Assembly (NCBI GenBank): GCA_000165425.1
Contig: CT868670.1
Span: 186,001 to 250,000 of the forward strand
Length of the DNA: 64,000 nucleotides
Reading direction: 5' to 3'
Source of the DNA: Paramecium tetraurelia
Taxonomy: Eukaryota
The position numbers and the translations under genes are program-made. Below the pieces are notes generated by a model. That model had not been told where the DNA came from. It saw only the letters and a list, made by a program, of their open reading frames with translations, and searched no databases. This document shows, piece by piece, positions 13,431-27,115 of this stretch (position 1 is its first letter; every line of letters begins with the position of its first letter).

Positions 13431-14120
13431 TCAATTTAGTATCTTTTATAATACTTCTAATTCTGAGTAGATATATATAGGTTGCTTAGATTTGATAATC
13501 AATTTTTTTCCATTTTTTTGTTGCATACATAAACCCTTCTCAAATACTTACACTGAAAAAGCAAAAACAGGAGTATATAGGATCGATTCGGATTCCATTT
13601 TTATTTATTGATTTCTTTGAATAAGTTATTTATACATCATATAAGTTAGAGTAGCTTTTGTAAGTTTTCTTCTTTTTTCTTTTAATATTTCTAATTTAGT
13701 TCGAACTTACTCTTTTTAAAAATTCACTACTTCCTTATCCTTTTATTCATGAAATGAGATTTATTTCTTGTCCTTCTCAAGAACTCCCAAAGCTACCATA
13801 ACATTTATTGCATCATAAACCCTTCTTTTCAGATTTTGTATCTCCTTTCTTCTTTCTGTACTATGAATTTTTTGAAGCTCATTTTACAATTTTTCAATAA
13901 GTATTTTTGCTAATTCTTTGTAGGTAGTGCTTTTTAGTTCCTTTACGAGTGTCTTAATTTAGAAGCTTAATCCTTTGAGACTCCAAAATGATTTGCTTTT
14001 TTACTTTTCTGATTCTGAAGTCTCAGAAATTTTATATTCTGAGTCAGATTCTTATTTAGATGAATCTGAAAGCATTTCAACTTCAACACATTTTGAAAAC
14101 TGCTTATAAGTTCTTTTCAT
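13431..14120 (-). CDS. E2F/DP family transcription factor (DP-like), ~229 aa
   Basis: Winged-helix motifs SLKGLSFQIKTLVKELKSTTYKELA and NLKRRVYDAINVMVALG. Span 690 bp, no intron required. Confidence 0.88.
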
Positions 14121-14249
14121 TTATGAATAGAATTTTGTATATTATGAACTATTTATTAATTAAATTGATAATTAATTAAGTCAATTAGGCAAAATAATAT
14201 ATAACTTGTAAATTTTTTAAGTTCTAAATATGTATTTAAAATTTCTTCA

Positions 14250-14498
14250 ATGCTTGCAACTGTAAAGAGGGGCCTTTCGAAAAGAAAACATATCGATTCA
14301 ACAAAGATTTCATGCAGAACTCGTAGGAATTGTGTAAATAATGAAGTGAAATAAGATAAAGACAAGATGTTCATTAACTATCTTAATTCAGTTGAGAGAG
14401 TATCCACGACTAATTTAAATTCAAATTTTAAATAAGAAACTTCATAATTCTAATAAATGAACTAATCGATTAAATATTAATATATTCATTAAGAATGA
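14250..14498 (+). CDS. Hypothetical 82-aa basic protein
   Basis: ATG..TGA ORF MLATVKRGLSKRKHIDSTKISCRTRRNC... that fills the gap between the DP and NEK genes. No recognisable domain. Confidence 0.5.
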
Positions 14499-14551
14499 TA
14501 TTATATACAAATTCACATTGGTAAAATATTTATTTATAGGTATTAATTCAA

Positions 14552-16047
14552 TCAAAAATTATATGTTTTTATATCCTAATCTAAATCTGGCTATGAACCA
14601 ACCTTATCTCTTAAAAATTAATAGTTATTCATCTATCGAAAATGATTACTAGGCAATGTAGTACAATTACTGATTAGTATTTTAAATATCTATTAAATAA
14701 TTTAATGATTAGTACCTTAACACATTCAAGATTTTCTTCACCCATCAAATTTACCATTATTTCCTTTTGATCTAATAGTTATATAGGGTTCTATGACTCT
14801 TCAAGAATCTAACGAACATCTTGAAACTTCTATTCACCTAATTTTTTCTTCAAAAAATCTGCTAATAATAAATTTCTGTTTGGAGAGGTAGGGGTTTTTG
14901 GGTTGAATAATTATTTAGCAAATTATGTTGGTGTTTCATTTTATTATTATTGTTATCCTTCTTTTTCTATTAAATCAGTATCAATAGAAATTATTTTCTT
15001 CGTCATTGGTTTCTTAATGTTTGATTGTATTTGTTCTGAAAATAGCTTTTAAAATAATAAAGATTATGATTTATTTTATGGAGTGAAGATAGGCTTTTAC
15101 ATTTACTTTATATTGGTCTAAACTTGTTCAGATTATGTATTATCGATTTATTTGAGCATTCCTATCAATCTCTATTTATATAACTATGAGAATTTTATTC
15201 TCTCCTTCTTTATTTCTGGAATCTCTAAGATTAATGAAATTTCTGGTCTCTCTTATGGGTTCTTTTGTAAGCATTAATTTATTATATCCTGATAAACTGT
15301 AGGGAATCCTTCAGGGAGCTTGGGAGTCTCACTTGTTATGATATTTTTGAAAACTTCGGGCAACGATTCACCTTGAAATGGCTTTTGTTTCGAGCACAAT
15401 TCGTAGAGTAAACATCCCAAACCCCAAATATCACTTTTAGTATTGGATGGTTTAGACTCACAAATCTCAGGTGACAAATAGTAAGGAGTACCTCACAGTA
15501 TCAATTGAAAATTATATACCTAATTATGCTAGATTCAATGAGGCATCTAAATTTTTAGAAATGCTAAAATCTCCCAATTTGATCTAGATATCTATTATTA
15601 TTTATACTATGCCATCTTTGGTCAAAAACACATTTTTCATTTTAATATCCTTATGAACAATATTCATAGAATGCAAGTATTATACTGCTTAACACAATTA
15701 TGTAAACCAATTTAATATGTTTGCTGGGTTATTTTTTGTGTATATTTACAGATCATCTAGATATAGATATAATTTTGAAATACAATTTTCTGCAAACTCC
15801 ATTAAAATGCATAATTAATCATTTTGTATAAATGAGCCATAGTATTTTATAATATTTGGATGTTTGAGGACCTTCAACAAAGTAACTTCATTTGTTGGGT
15901 CAACACTCTAAAATTACAAATCGATTAACTTGAGGGCAAATTTCTTTTGTTTTCTCAATCCTATACCTATCCTTTATTGTCTTCAACCAGCCAAACATCG
16001 CCAAAGTTGCCCTTTCCAATCATTTTTATTCTTTTATACTTATCCAT
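14552..16047 (-). CDS. NIMA-related (NEK) Ser/Thr kinase
   Basis: [63 protein letters not shown]. Several tiny introns and a NEK-type C-terminal helical region. Confidence 0.9.
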
Positions 16048-16876
16048 TAGATTCTTAATATATTTATAAATATTTTGGTTTATAAACTTTACTCCTATTA
16101 GTAAATCAAAATGAGCTCTTGTTTGCAATCCTAAGATTTTTTAGGTACCTTTGATATTTCTCAATCATATGAAGTATTCAAAAGTGTATTTCATTAAAGA
16201 AACGCTAATTCCATAAGAATATTTGAACAAATGCAAATTCTGCTCTAAAATTTGATTATTTTTGATCTCATTAAATACATTCTTGTATAAATTTTGTGCA
16301 TCAAATATTATTGAAAACTTTAAAATCAATAGATTACATTTTGATGAAAGTAGACACACTCAAATCTCCTTTAAATATTAAAAATTAATATTAAAAACAA
16401 CTCAAAATGGCAATTTAGTTACTTGCGTCTTAATTTCCATACACAATATGTTTAATTATCTGATCATTAATTTTGTTCCTAATAGCTTGATCCTAGTTAC
16501 ACTGATGTATAGTCAGATGGGAAGAAGGAATATGAAAAAAAGAAATAAATTTCATCAATTTTTTTCAATTTATGTTTGATTATATAATAATTAAGGAACT
16601 TCTTTAAATCTGTAATTTAATTTCTAAAAACTTTCAAATAATATCTAAATTTCACAAAAAATCTCATTATTTTAAACTCATTCGATAATAAGTCTAGTAT
16701 TTAAAAAAATTTTCAATACTACTATCATCATTCGAAAAGGACACAATATTATCCATCAACATTAATTATAACTATATATTAGATTGATTCTACTCAAAAT
16801 AATTCATTTTTAGATATTTTAATAGGTTTGCTTTGAATTAGCTATAAATAATAGTGTAATTAATATTAATTATATT

Positions 16877-18380
16877 ATGAATTGGTTGTAATAATAAAAA
16901 GATGAACATGAAAGCATTTTTAATAATGGAGAACACTTTTGGTTACCAACCAAAATGCAAGAAAACCAGTTAAATCTAATTTTCTTAGGCAAGGCATTTC
17001 AAAAACAAGTTAAATCTAGAAAGTGGGGAGTTGTACATTTAGAATTATATGTTGGCAAGTAATGAATTACAATATATAGATTGGTAAAAAATTGCAAATA
17101 TTTAAAAGAGATTAAATATTCTGAATCCTCATTTCAACCTTATAAGCACGGGTTTAGATTACATTAAGGTAAACATAGAGCAGAATTCTTTACAGAAAGT
17201 CAAGATTATTATGAAAAATGGCAATCTGCTTTGAAAGATATTGTATTCTAACCAAATTTAACAAAAAATACAAACTTATTTGCAAACATAATTAAACCAG
17301 CCTTATCCAGCTTGTACATATAAAGCGGAACGAAATTCTGATGGTTTATTCTTTCAAATTAGAATTATCGAAAAGAGTTAACTTGAAGATCCATTTATGG
17401 CATTAAAATGAAACCGCTATCTTAAGAAGACTAGATCACATTTATGTATAAAGATTTTAGGATGTTTATGAAGATTAAGTATATTTATATGTTGTTTATG
17501 ATCAATATGCATGAAGAGAATAAAAGTTTCTATTTCCTTAGTTGTTATAAACCACTGAAAAAGTAATAGCTGAATTGCTATATATATTATTATTGGGATT
17601 AAATCACATACATAGCAAAGGATTATTTCATAGAGATATCAAATTTGATAACATTTTTAACAGATTTCCTGGGTCTATCACTGATTGCTGTTTTTGAATT
17701 TTTCAAGCGCAGATTTTCATGATAATAAAATGCATAGGAGAATTGGAACTCCAGGCTTTATGGCTCCACAAATTTTCAAAACCAAATAAAATGATTAATA
17801 AATTGATGTTTTTTCTTTAGGAGTGATATTTTATTATACTGTGTTTGGTAGAATGCTGTTTGGTACCAATTTTAATGAAGTACTTTTTATAATTTAAGCT
17901 GAGAGGCGCTCTCAAAAAATGAATAAGGAGAGATAGAATATCCAGATTACTGTAAAATATCTATCAGTGGACTTCAGTTGATGAAAATAATGCTATTGTT
18001 CGAAAAGACCCGCAAAAAAGATGTACCTCGTTTTAAGCTCTAAATCATCACTGGTTTATAAACTTGAAAATCAGAGACTTATTGGGAAAACCTAGTGTTA
18101 TGATGAACCAAATTAAAATGGGGCCTGGACTGAATTTATCCACTATCTTAGAAAAATCCGATATGATCGAGAATTCTAATATGTCTATTGCCCTCACTCC
18201 AAGTGGCATGAAAAAGAAATGTTAAATCTCAATTTCCAAATCCTCAGACCTGACTATTTTAGATCAAGAATTTGTTTATGATTCAGTTGCTGATAAAATG
18301 AAATGCTTATCAAAAATAATGCCCCAGCCATCAAGATTACAACATAAATCTAATTAGCCTTAAATGTAAAAATTACTTAA
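16877..18380 (+). pseudogene. Disrupted PH-like + Ser/Thr kinase gene
   Basis: HRDIKFDNI, GTPGFMAPQ and IDVFSLGVIFY are recognisable. There is a frameshift at ~17236, an in-frame TGA at 17512 and a frameshift/TGA at ~17695, and I found no GT..AG intron that repairs them. The 3' end is approximate. Confidence 0.7.
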
Positions 18381-19020
18381 ATAGATTAATCATAATTTTT
18401 CTATGTTAATTTTAGTTATTCTTTTTAATAATAATTTAAATTAATTATGTTAACAAATTATTGACCTTTTTTGACATTTTTACGACCAAAACAAATGTTG
18501 CTTTAGTATTTTAATTATATTAAAATTAAAAATCCAAAAATATATTTTTATAAAACTTAATAGAAAAATAATTTTTGTTAAAGATAATTAAGTAATTTCA
18601 GATTTTTCATTTATAAATTACCTATCCTTTTATTTCTTTCATTAATTAAGACTGAATTTAATATTGAAAAATCTTGAATTATTATTGTTTTTTTTCTCAA
18701 GTAAATTTGTATAAAAGATTTAACATAATAATTGAAAATAGCTTTATCATCTAATTGATAATATATTTTATTATCACTCTGAGAAGATCATTTTAATTGC
18801 AAATTATTTCAAACAATTATAATTTCATTATAATTTTAAATAAATATTATAATTAATTACAACTAATAATAAGATTTCTATAGAATATATAGAAATAATC
18901 TAATAATTTGTATTAATTTAATAATTAGTCAAATAAATTATTTTAAGAATAGTATTTTAATTAATTAAAAAGTCAGTAATTTCTTCATTTGCAATAATTT
19001 TTTTATTTTTAAATAGCAAC

Positions 19021-20281
19021 ATGAATTTGAATTCTCAACCTTCTTAAATTAGATACCAAAATGTAAGATTAAAATAAAGTACTGCGGCATTTTTTGAATA
19101 TTTCGCTGTATATAAATCGAACAAGAGAGAAGTAAGATTAAAAATACAGAATTCTACCAATTTGAATGTGTTGCAATAGGAAACTGCTAAATTGATACAA
19201 GTGTAAGATATTGAAGGCATACCAGAGGTGATAGATTATGGTAATAATAATGATTAAAGGTATATTTTGTATTTAACTTAGATTTTTTTTGGCTACCTAA
19301 AGTCTTGGCCCATCTTTAAGTTCGATTATTAAGGCAAACATATAGATGTCATTAAAAAACATTTTATTGATCGGCCTCTAATTGATTAAACTAATTTAGA
19401 AAATTCACAATAAGAATTTTATTTTGTGTAATCTTACACCAAGCAACTTATGTTTTGGATCAGATACTGAAGATAAATTAATATATTTGAAAGACCTATC
19501 ATTCTTATAACCCAAAGATGAAGTGTGTGAAATTTAAAAATTTCCATTTAGAGAAATGAATTTTCTTAGTCCATTTTTTAAAATAGATAAAGGCCCAAGC
19601 TACAATGATGATCTATATAGTTTGGCATACTTATTACTATATCTATTGAATGGTAATAATATTTATTTATCATAAATAGGAACTCTACCTTGGCAGTAAT
19701 TTGATAATATATTTAATAAACAATAATTTGAAGAATTGTAAATCCACAAAATAAAAGTAATAAACGATCAATCTTTTTTGAATTCATAGCCATCGATTTT
19801 TGCTGAATGGTTTAAATATTTAAACACTTAAAAGTAAAGCTAAGTTCCAAATTATATTTATTTAAGAAATATTTTAATTTCTAAAATTTATGAAAATGGA
19901 TGGAAACCTAATGAATAAATTTTATATAAGTCTGATATTATGAAAAATAGCTCGACATCTATTGTGTCTATAAAAAGCAGAAGTCGAGGAACATCTATAA
20001 CAAAAACTCCTAATCCAAAAATGATTGATATATTGAGTCCAATTTTCGAAGTTGATAAAGAATTTGAGTTAGCTCAGTCGGTTTAAAAACAAAAGGATGA
20101 GTTTAATTACTTTTAATAATTGTAAAATTTATAAAAATCAATGGAAGATTAATAACTGATTGAAAATAATATCAGTTTTACTTCTATAGAATAAAATGAA
20201 AGTGAATTGTGGAAAAAAATGGAGAAATTGGATAAAATATCAAATCCAATAAAAATGATGAATAAATTTGGAAAAACTTGA
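19021..20281 (+). CDS. Casein kinase 1-like pseudokinase
   Basis: CK1 scaffold motifs EGIPEVIDYG, LGPSL, IGLQLI..I..IH, DDLYSLAYLLLYLLNGTLPW. The catalytic HRD position reads LCN and DFG reads DLS. Two tiny introns. Confidence 0.78.
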
Positions 20282-21899
20282 TGTTGTGTTTGATAATTTA
20301 AATAATGAATTATGAGTGTATTAGATTAAGACTTTATTGATACATTTATCTATTTTCTAGATCACTTTTGTTTTATATATTAATTTTATTATCATCCTCA
20401 AATTAAATCTAAAAGTATGCAACCTTTGTATTTAAAGGTAGTCTAACAATATAAATTTTGTGATTTGTATTATCCTATTTGGGGGTTATTTGAGGAAATT
20501 TTCAACATGTGTGAAAATTACATATAGGTAGGTGCATTGGTGACCATCTTCTGCTTCGCATTGAGGTGGGAAAGGTTCTGTGCTAGAAAGAGAGGCTTAA
20601 TTTCATCATGGTTCCATTTTCTAATGTTTATTGACACATAATCAGTAATTTAGACAATTCTAATTCGATTTTATGTAATATTTGATTAAACTTGTTCTTA
20701 AGTAAGCAATATTTCTAATTTAAGTATCAATTCTCTCAATATAAATGGGTCTATGGTTTATTATAGAGTTTATAGAACACCATTCTCTGTCCTATGATAT
20801 CTAAAATGAATTCTTATTTAATTATTCATTAAATATTTATGTCTATAATTATTGAAAAAAGCATTATAATGGTCTCAACATCATTTTCCTTTATTCTTAA
20901 GCGATTCTATTTGGATAATTTGAATTTTGATCAAGACTATCAGTACCCATAAAAATCTAGATTATGTAAGTTCCAATAAATCAATATTTGAAATAATATT
21001 TAAATACATTATTTGGTTTTGAAAAACTGAAACACTATTAATATCTCCCTATCTATAAAGGTCCTAAAAATCAATCTTTTAAAATCGGTTTAGTCATTTA
21101 TAGAAAAGTTGAAAATCCTAATATTTTTATACTCTAACATTTGCGTTGCACAGACTCCTCAAATATATAAGAAAGAAATATTTACTTATATTTAAAATTG
21201 GCAATTATGTAACAATTGTAAATTATAAGATATATTTTATAATCAAAGCAGGCCCATATTTAAATAATTGATCATCATTTATTGTTATAATAATGAAAAA
21301 TTAATAATATTAAAACTTATAATATTTTTTAATTTTGTTTGTAGTAGCTTTCAATTGTCTACCTATTTTTATTCATACTATTCATCAACCTTTTTCCAAT
21401 TAAAATATATAGTTATTTGCATGTTAGGTCTAGAAGCAGCAATGCTCTAGTATTAGTAGAGTGAACAACAATTCTACTCGAAATATCTAAACAGTCTTTT
21501 TGAGATAATTTATAGAATAAAGTACTTTCATTTTCAATGTATGATTCAAGACCTAAAATTATTTTAAAACAGAATAAAACTATTAGTCGATATTTTGTAT
21601 TATGTACATCTATGAGATTGTTATTTTAAATTAATGTATTCAATTATTTCAAGTTTTGAAAGAATAATTTCTACTTTTTAAATATCTCAATATTTCATAT
21701 ATGGTGTTTTCAAGGGTCTTGATCTTGTTATTATCGAGTTTACTATAATCATATGTTGTTTATGTTTTTACATAAATTTAGAAAAGGGTTTATATTAATA
21801 ATCTCGCTTAATAAAAATAACAATAAAGTAAGAACATTTATTGAAAATATTGAATGTGTTGATATATTTGTTACAAAATAGCAATAAACATATATAGAA

Positions 21900-22409
21900 T
21901 CAAGCGCATCCTAAAAATCTAAGTAACCAGTTTTTCTCTTGTTTAGGTTGATATTAATTGATTTCTTTTGATCTTGAAGGAATTGTTGGGCTTTAATAGT
22001 GGGATAGATCATAAGTGGATTTTCTGATTGATTTTCTTACTTTTTTTTCTGAATAAGTTACATGAACCAAGGAAAACACGAAATTTCCTGTTTCTTCTAG
22101 TCGTAGATTCGTTTGATAAGATGGAAAATCCATTTTAGGTTAACCATTTTTCTTTGCCACATAAATGTCATAATTATTTGGATTCTAATCTACTGGATTT
22201 TGTTTTGGCACAAGTTTCAGTGCTCGAGAGGTAGCTTCTTGCAACTCGAGGTGACATGGGAGGTCTACAAGAACGAGAAGCACTTCTTCTTCATTTGGGA
22301 TAAAGAATTTATATGATTTCGTTAATTAAGAAAATGCTTCTTTTAATGGACTTATGAGTGCTTTTTTGACTTTTTATCCTGATGTTTTTGTGCTATCTGT
22401 TTGTGACAT
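21900..22409 (-). CDS. Stand-alone CRIM (Sin1 middle)-like domain protein, 169 aa
   Basis: Intronless 170-codon ORF. NYDIYVAKKNGQPKMDFPSYQTNLRLEETGNFVFSLV resembles the CRIM core (Y.L.IA..DG..D.DFP.LD....I...G...LALV). Ends WLLRFLGCA. Confidence 0.65.
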
Positions 22410-22615
22410 GTGTTCGTGAGTAATGATTAGAATATATAAATATTAATTTAAGATAATTTATTTTAAGATTTGGATGCAAATCGAAATTAAATATTATGTC
22501 ACGATAGTATGAATATTTTTATTTAATACTCCATCTTTTTAACTCTTATTAATCAAAAATAATTTTTAATATATACTAATATTTTCAAGAAAATTACATG
22601 AAGGTAATAAGTGGA

Positions 22616-25600
22616 TCAATAATAATTGATTTTGAACATCAAACAATCTTTATAATCGCATTCTAAATTTGTTAGATAAAGCTTTATTTATTATTTTTTT
22701 GTGTAGCCATACCTTTTTAAAATAAATTAAATAGGAGCTGACTAATACGGTTCTAATTTCAAAGTCTGAGTTATCAATTAAAGAGCTGAATTGGATGAAG
22801 TAATTTATAAGAAGATTGCCTTATCTGATCGATTTTAATAAAGTACTTACTCTTATTTTTCTTAGTTTCTTGGGCAATCAAGATTGAAGAGTTGAGAAAC
22901 TTTGTTGTCTTTAGGTTTAAAATGTATTAATCGAGTTTCCATACTATCACCTTATTATATTGTAAATCTGGTTGTTAAAAAATATGATTCTATTGCTAAA
23001 CATTATACAGGAATGTAAAATAAAGAATCTTTAATAACTGGCATATCATCTAATTTTGGTCTGATAAGAAAAGGATTCGCAGGTACTACTTCAATTTTTT
23101 CTGCTAAATTTGTTTCATACGGTATATTTAAATTGCAGAGTCTTCCAACAAAATCATTATATGTAATTGATTAGCATTTATAAATTACAAATCGATAGAC
23201 TTAAAGTATATTTTCCCTGTCGTAGTCGAATAATACTAAAAAGGTTTCTGCTACATCATAAATACTGCATTTAAAATGGATTTCATAATCATTGTAGTAA
23301 TCTAATTTAACTGCTGAATCCCCAACTATTTTTAAGGTTTTAATATATCTAAATATATAATAATGATTATACTTTAAAAAATGTGGATTAAGCATTATTG
23401 GATTATTTACTACGACTTTAGTTTCCTCATCACCAGAATAATAAATTCTAATGATATCATGATATTCCTATGGCTGAGGAATTGGTTTAGATTTGGGTTC
23501 ATTTTCAGTTCTTTGAGTATCTTGTTAAGGCTTGTCAACAACTAAGATTTCTTTGGGTTTTTCTTAAAAGCTGATGTCTGTTTTAATTTCATCATCTGTA
23601 TATTAGACTAAAACACCAATATCAAGTTGTCCTATGATTTGATTTCCGTCATAAGATATAACATCGCACTCTTTATAATGAGAACAAACAATTGAGGATT
23701 CTTGAAACATAATTGAATCTTAGAATAATGGTACAAAACATCTTCCTAATATTGTAATTGAACTTTCATTCCAAATCTCAATTATGGCAATTTTATTAGC
23801 AAGATTTTAATCTTTTATAACTTTCTTAAATTCTAGATGCATATACATTCTATCTGACATCCATCTTTCAAATTCTTTTTGGTTTTTTGCTTTGTGACTT
23901 TTAATTTCATCTTCTTATCCTAATATATGAATTCTAAATAATAACGATGTTGGACAGTAATTATCAAATAAATAAATAGGTTGTAGCACAAAATCTTCTT
24001 TAATAGGAGAATTGATTTTTAAAACAAATTTATAAGAGGTTAGAAGGAGAGTAATCTTCAAATTTAACTATGTTTTTGATTCTTCCAAAGTTATTTAAAC
24101 CTATCTACTAGCAGGCAAATCTCGGTGACCAAATCCAACTTATAGATAAAAATCCAATAGAGTGGCTAATATTAAAAGTGAAATAATACTTCTATAGCAT
24201 ATTTCTAGATTTGGATGATGAGGTTATTCATACTACCACTTATCAAATTTATGTTTTAAGTCTTCCGTTAAAAAATTTTACAACAAGTCTAATTTTTCTT
24301 TTCTTTTTCTAAAATTTAATAGTCTTTATTCTTCCAATTAATATTTTTCTTTGGCCAATTCAAAATTCTTGATACCAACTTCCAATAATCCTTAAAATTC
24401 ATGTAATAAAACTTAAGTGTTTGATTAGACATAGGAATTTTGATTGATCATACCTGTAATAAGATTTGTTGTATTTTATTTAATTGTAAAAAGATCGGCA
24501 ATTAATTTATTTTGTCTCATTATGTTTTCTTCTCTAGCAAGTCCAGTTTTAACTATGTTAGTAAATATTGTGTATACTTTCATTTTTCTTCTTTATTGAT
24601 AATTCAATTAAACGCCCTTTTAAGGTGCTTGGATCAATTAACTTTTAAAGTTGTTTTTTTTATTTATTTTATTAATTACCTTTCTTCTCTTACTTTTATT
24701 CAAAATAGACAAAATCATATGTAATAATTGCTTCTCCTGGGGATTTTGGAGTCAATTTTGCATACCACTTTTTTGAATTAAATGATTTTCTATCTCCATG
24801 TATTTATAATTTTAATTTTTCATTAGCCTTAGTGCAATCATTAGGAGTCAAAGCAAACCACCCAACATTAACCTCAATTGGATCTTGTTAAATTTCTACA
24901 ACTTCAACATCATATTGATAAACTAATTGAAAGATGACAGCTGAATCTTTATAAATTCTATCAGCTCTAATCGGCTTTTCGGTGGTGTATACAATAAATT
25001 TTTCATTCCTTTCAATTTCACTTAAGATGTAAATATTTTCAAATCCGAATTCGTTAACATCTCTCCAACCATTATGACAAAATGGTATTAATTTAGTTTT
25101 GGCTTTAGTGATTTTAATAGTATCAGAGTCTTTCTCATTAACCTATTAGATTTCTTATTACTTTTGTTTGATATAATTTAATATTTCCAAATCAACAATC
25201 TAATGGATATAAATTTTACACTTTGGAAATGATAAATTTAAGGCTTCATCTAATTCCAAATATTTTAAATCATTAACTATTGGTGGTAATTTAGTTCCTC
25301 TCAAACCAACAACTGTATCATCATAACCAAACAATAAAAAGGGACCTATCAATTTCATTAATGGTGTTGGGACATGTTTAAAGTTCTTCCATTTATAACT
25401 AACTTGAATAGGCTTGATTTGCTTTTATTCTCTGATGTAAAAACTATTGGTCAGATCTCTTACACTCCCAGCATATAAATCTGCAAATGTTATCTTTGCA
25501 GATAAATCTATTATAGCATAACCAAGTGTCTTGAATGTAGTTGTCAATTTGGTCTTATTGCTATATTATGAAAGCGTAAACTCAACAGCTAATTTGTACT

Positions 25601-26048
25601 CCTTTAGATATTGAGCTTTGTTCATGATGAAGGCCACCCAAACAGCAGCATGTTGATATCTTGTGATTGCCTATCCACTTCTCAATTTTGGTTAATTTCT
25701 TGTTTATTTTTTTTAGGGGATTTCATTTTCATTTAACTCTCCTTCATCTGGATTATCTGCCATATTAACAAGATCAGTCAAAAATATTGTTAGATAAGGA
25801 CTTTTATAGGTATTGGATATAAATTATTCTGTTTTTGTATCATATATTGTAGCTGACATTCTTAACTTAAGCTAGGTTTCATAGGCATCGATTTCAGGAG
25901 GAAATGAAAGGTTTTCCAATTTATCAATTACAATATATTGAAGACGTAATTCTTTGTTGTTTATTTTATTTCTACTATAGAACTCTCCTCCATTTTTTAA
26001 TTATTCTAACCAAATGCCTACATTTGAGATTTAATCATGTAACATCAT
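22616..26048 (-). CDS. Nephrocystin-4 (NPHP4)-like transition-zone protein, divergent
   Basis: Motifs in NPHP4 order: QLKLRMSATIYD...FISNTY, LYAGSVRDL, LIGPFLLFG..TVVGL, FCHNGW, VGWFAL, IEIWNESSITILGRCFVPL, and C-terminus IKLYLTNLECDYKDCLMFKINYY*. The frame is continuous across 24700-24800. Confidence 0.65.
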
Positions 26049-26118
26049 TATTATAAATAATTAATACTAACATAACAAATTAAATATTTTGGAAGATTAA
26101 AAAGTTAGAAAATAAAAA

Positions 26119-26490
26119 TCATTCTCCATATTGCTTTTAGCAAGAGGCATCCCATCTTACAGTTTTATTACTATGTTCATTATTAGATGAGGAGTTATTG
26201 GAACATTCTTTTAACGCAGGTTTTAATTTTTTTTTTAAATTGACTTTCCTACTCTTTAGCTCAATTTATTGATGGATGCAACTCATTGTTCTCTTTTTTC
26301 TATAAACATCATTTGTTATATTATAAACAGGTTCTATCTTGTCGATCATTCTAAAAGATAAATCCTCTTCCCTTTCTAACTTATAAGTTTGAGAAAATAT
26401 CTTATAAGAATTGCTTGGTTGTATGTGCTTTTTTGCAAATGATTCATAATCTTCTTCAAAAGAAGTATCACATTTACATTAATTACCCAT
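26119..26490 (-). CDS. 123-aa protein with N-terminal myristoylation/palmitoylation motif and PP1-docking-like motifs
   Basis: Intronless 124-codon ORF MGNQCKC...LKPALK...KTVRW...*. Confidence 0.7.
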
Positions 26491-27115
26491 TTTCTATATA
26501 TTTTATTAATCTTTGAATAATCATTTAATAATATATATTCAAACCATCTCAATCATCTAATTTCTTTCAATAATATTAAATATGAGATTATTCTGAATAA
26601 TCAATATTTACTTGAGAATTGAAGTTAAATACTTTTTAGAATTAATACACCATTTCAAATTTATGAGATAAACAAAACCTTTTTGTCTTTCTTTCAAAAC
26701 AGCCATAAATTTATTTGAAAATATTTAAGCAATCCTAATAATGAGTTTAAGTATCAAACAATAAAAAATTCTAAATTAACTATTTAATAATAACATTTAG
26801 ATTAGAACTCATTATAACATTTGGATTTACTTGGCTTTCAAAATGTTATAAAATTGAATTTAATTTTTCAATATAGAATATCTATATAAAAATTATTTAA
26901 TTAATGAATTCTACGGAATCGTTGACGTAATTGTATAGAATTTTGAATAATTATTATGAAGCACACTAAAGTAGAGTAGGGATTTTTGAAATGATTCATT
27001 CGCATTATGACTATAACTTATTTTAAGGTTTCAACTCCATATTTAATATATTTCCAATGAAAATTGTAATATACAATGATTAAATTATTTAATAATATAA
27101 GAGATACATATTAAG

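Noticed and set aside
17500..17700. In-frame TGA codons as possible selenocysteine or readthrough
   Set aside because: They co-occur with frameshifts and do not fall at Cys-type positions, and no SECIS was recognised. Pseudogenisation is simpler.
24715..24800. Apparent stop and restart splitting the NPHP4-like gene in two
   Set aside because: Careful framing shows the ORF continues (KLKLQIHGDRKSFNSKKW). The TGA is out of frame.
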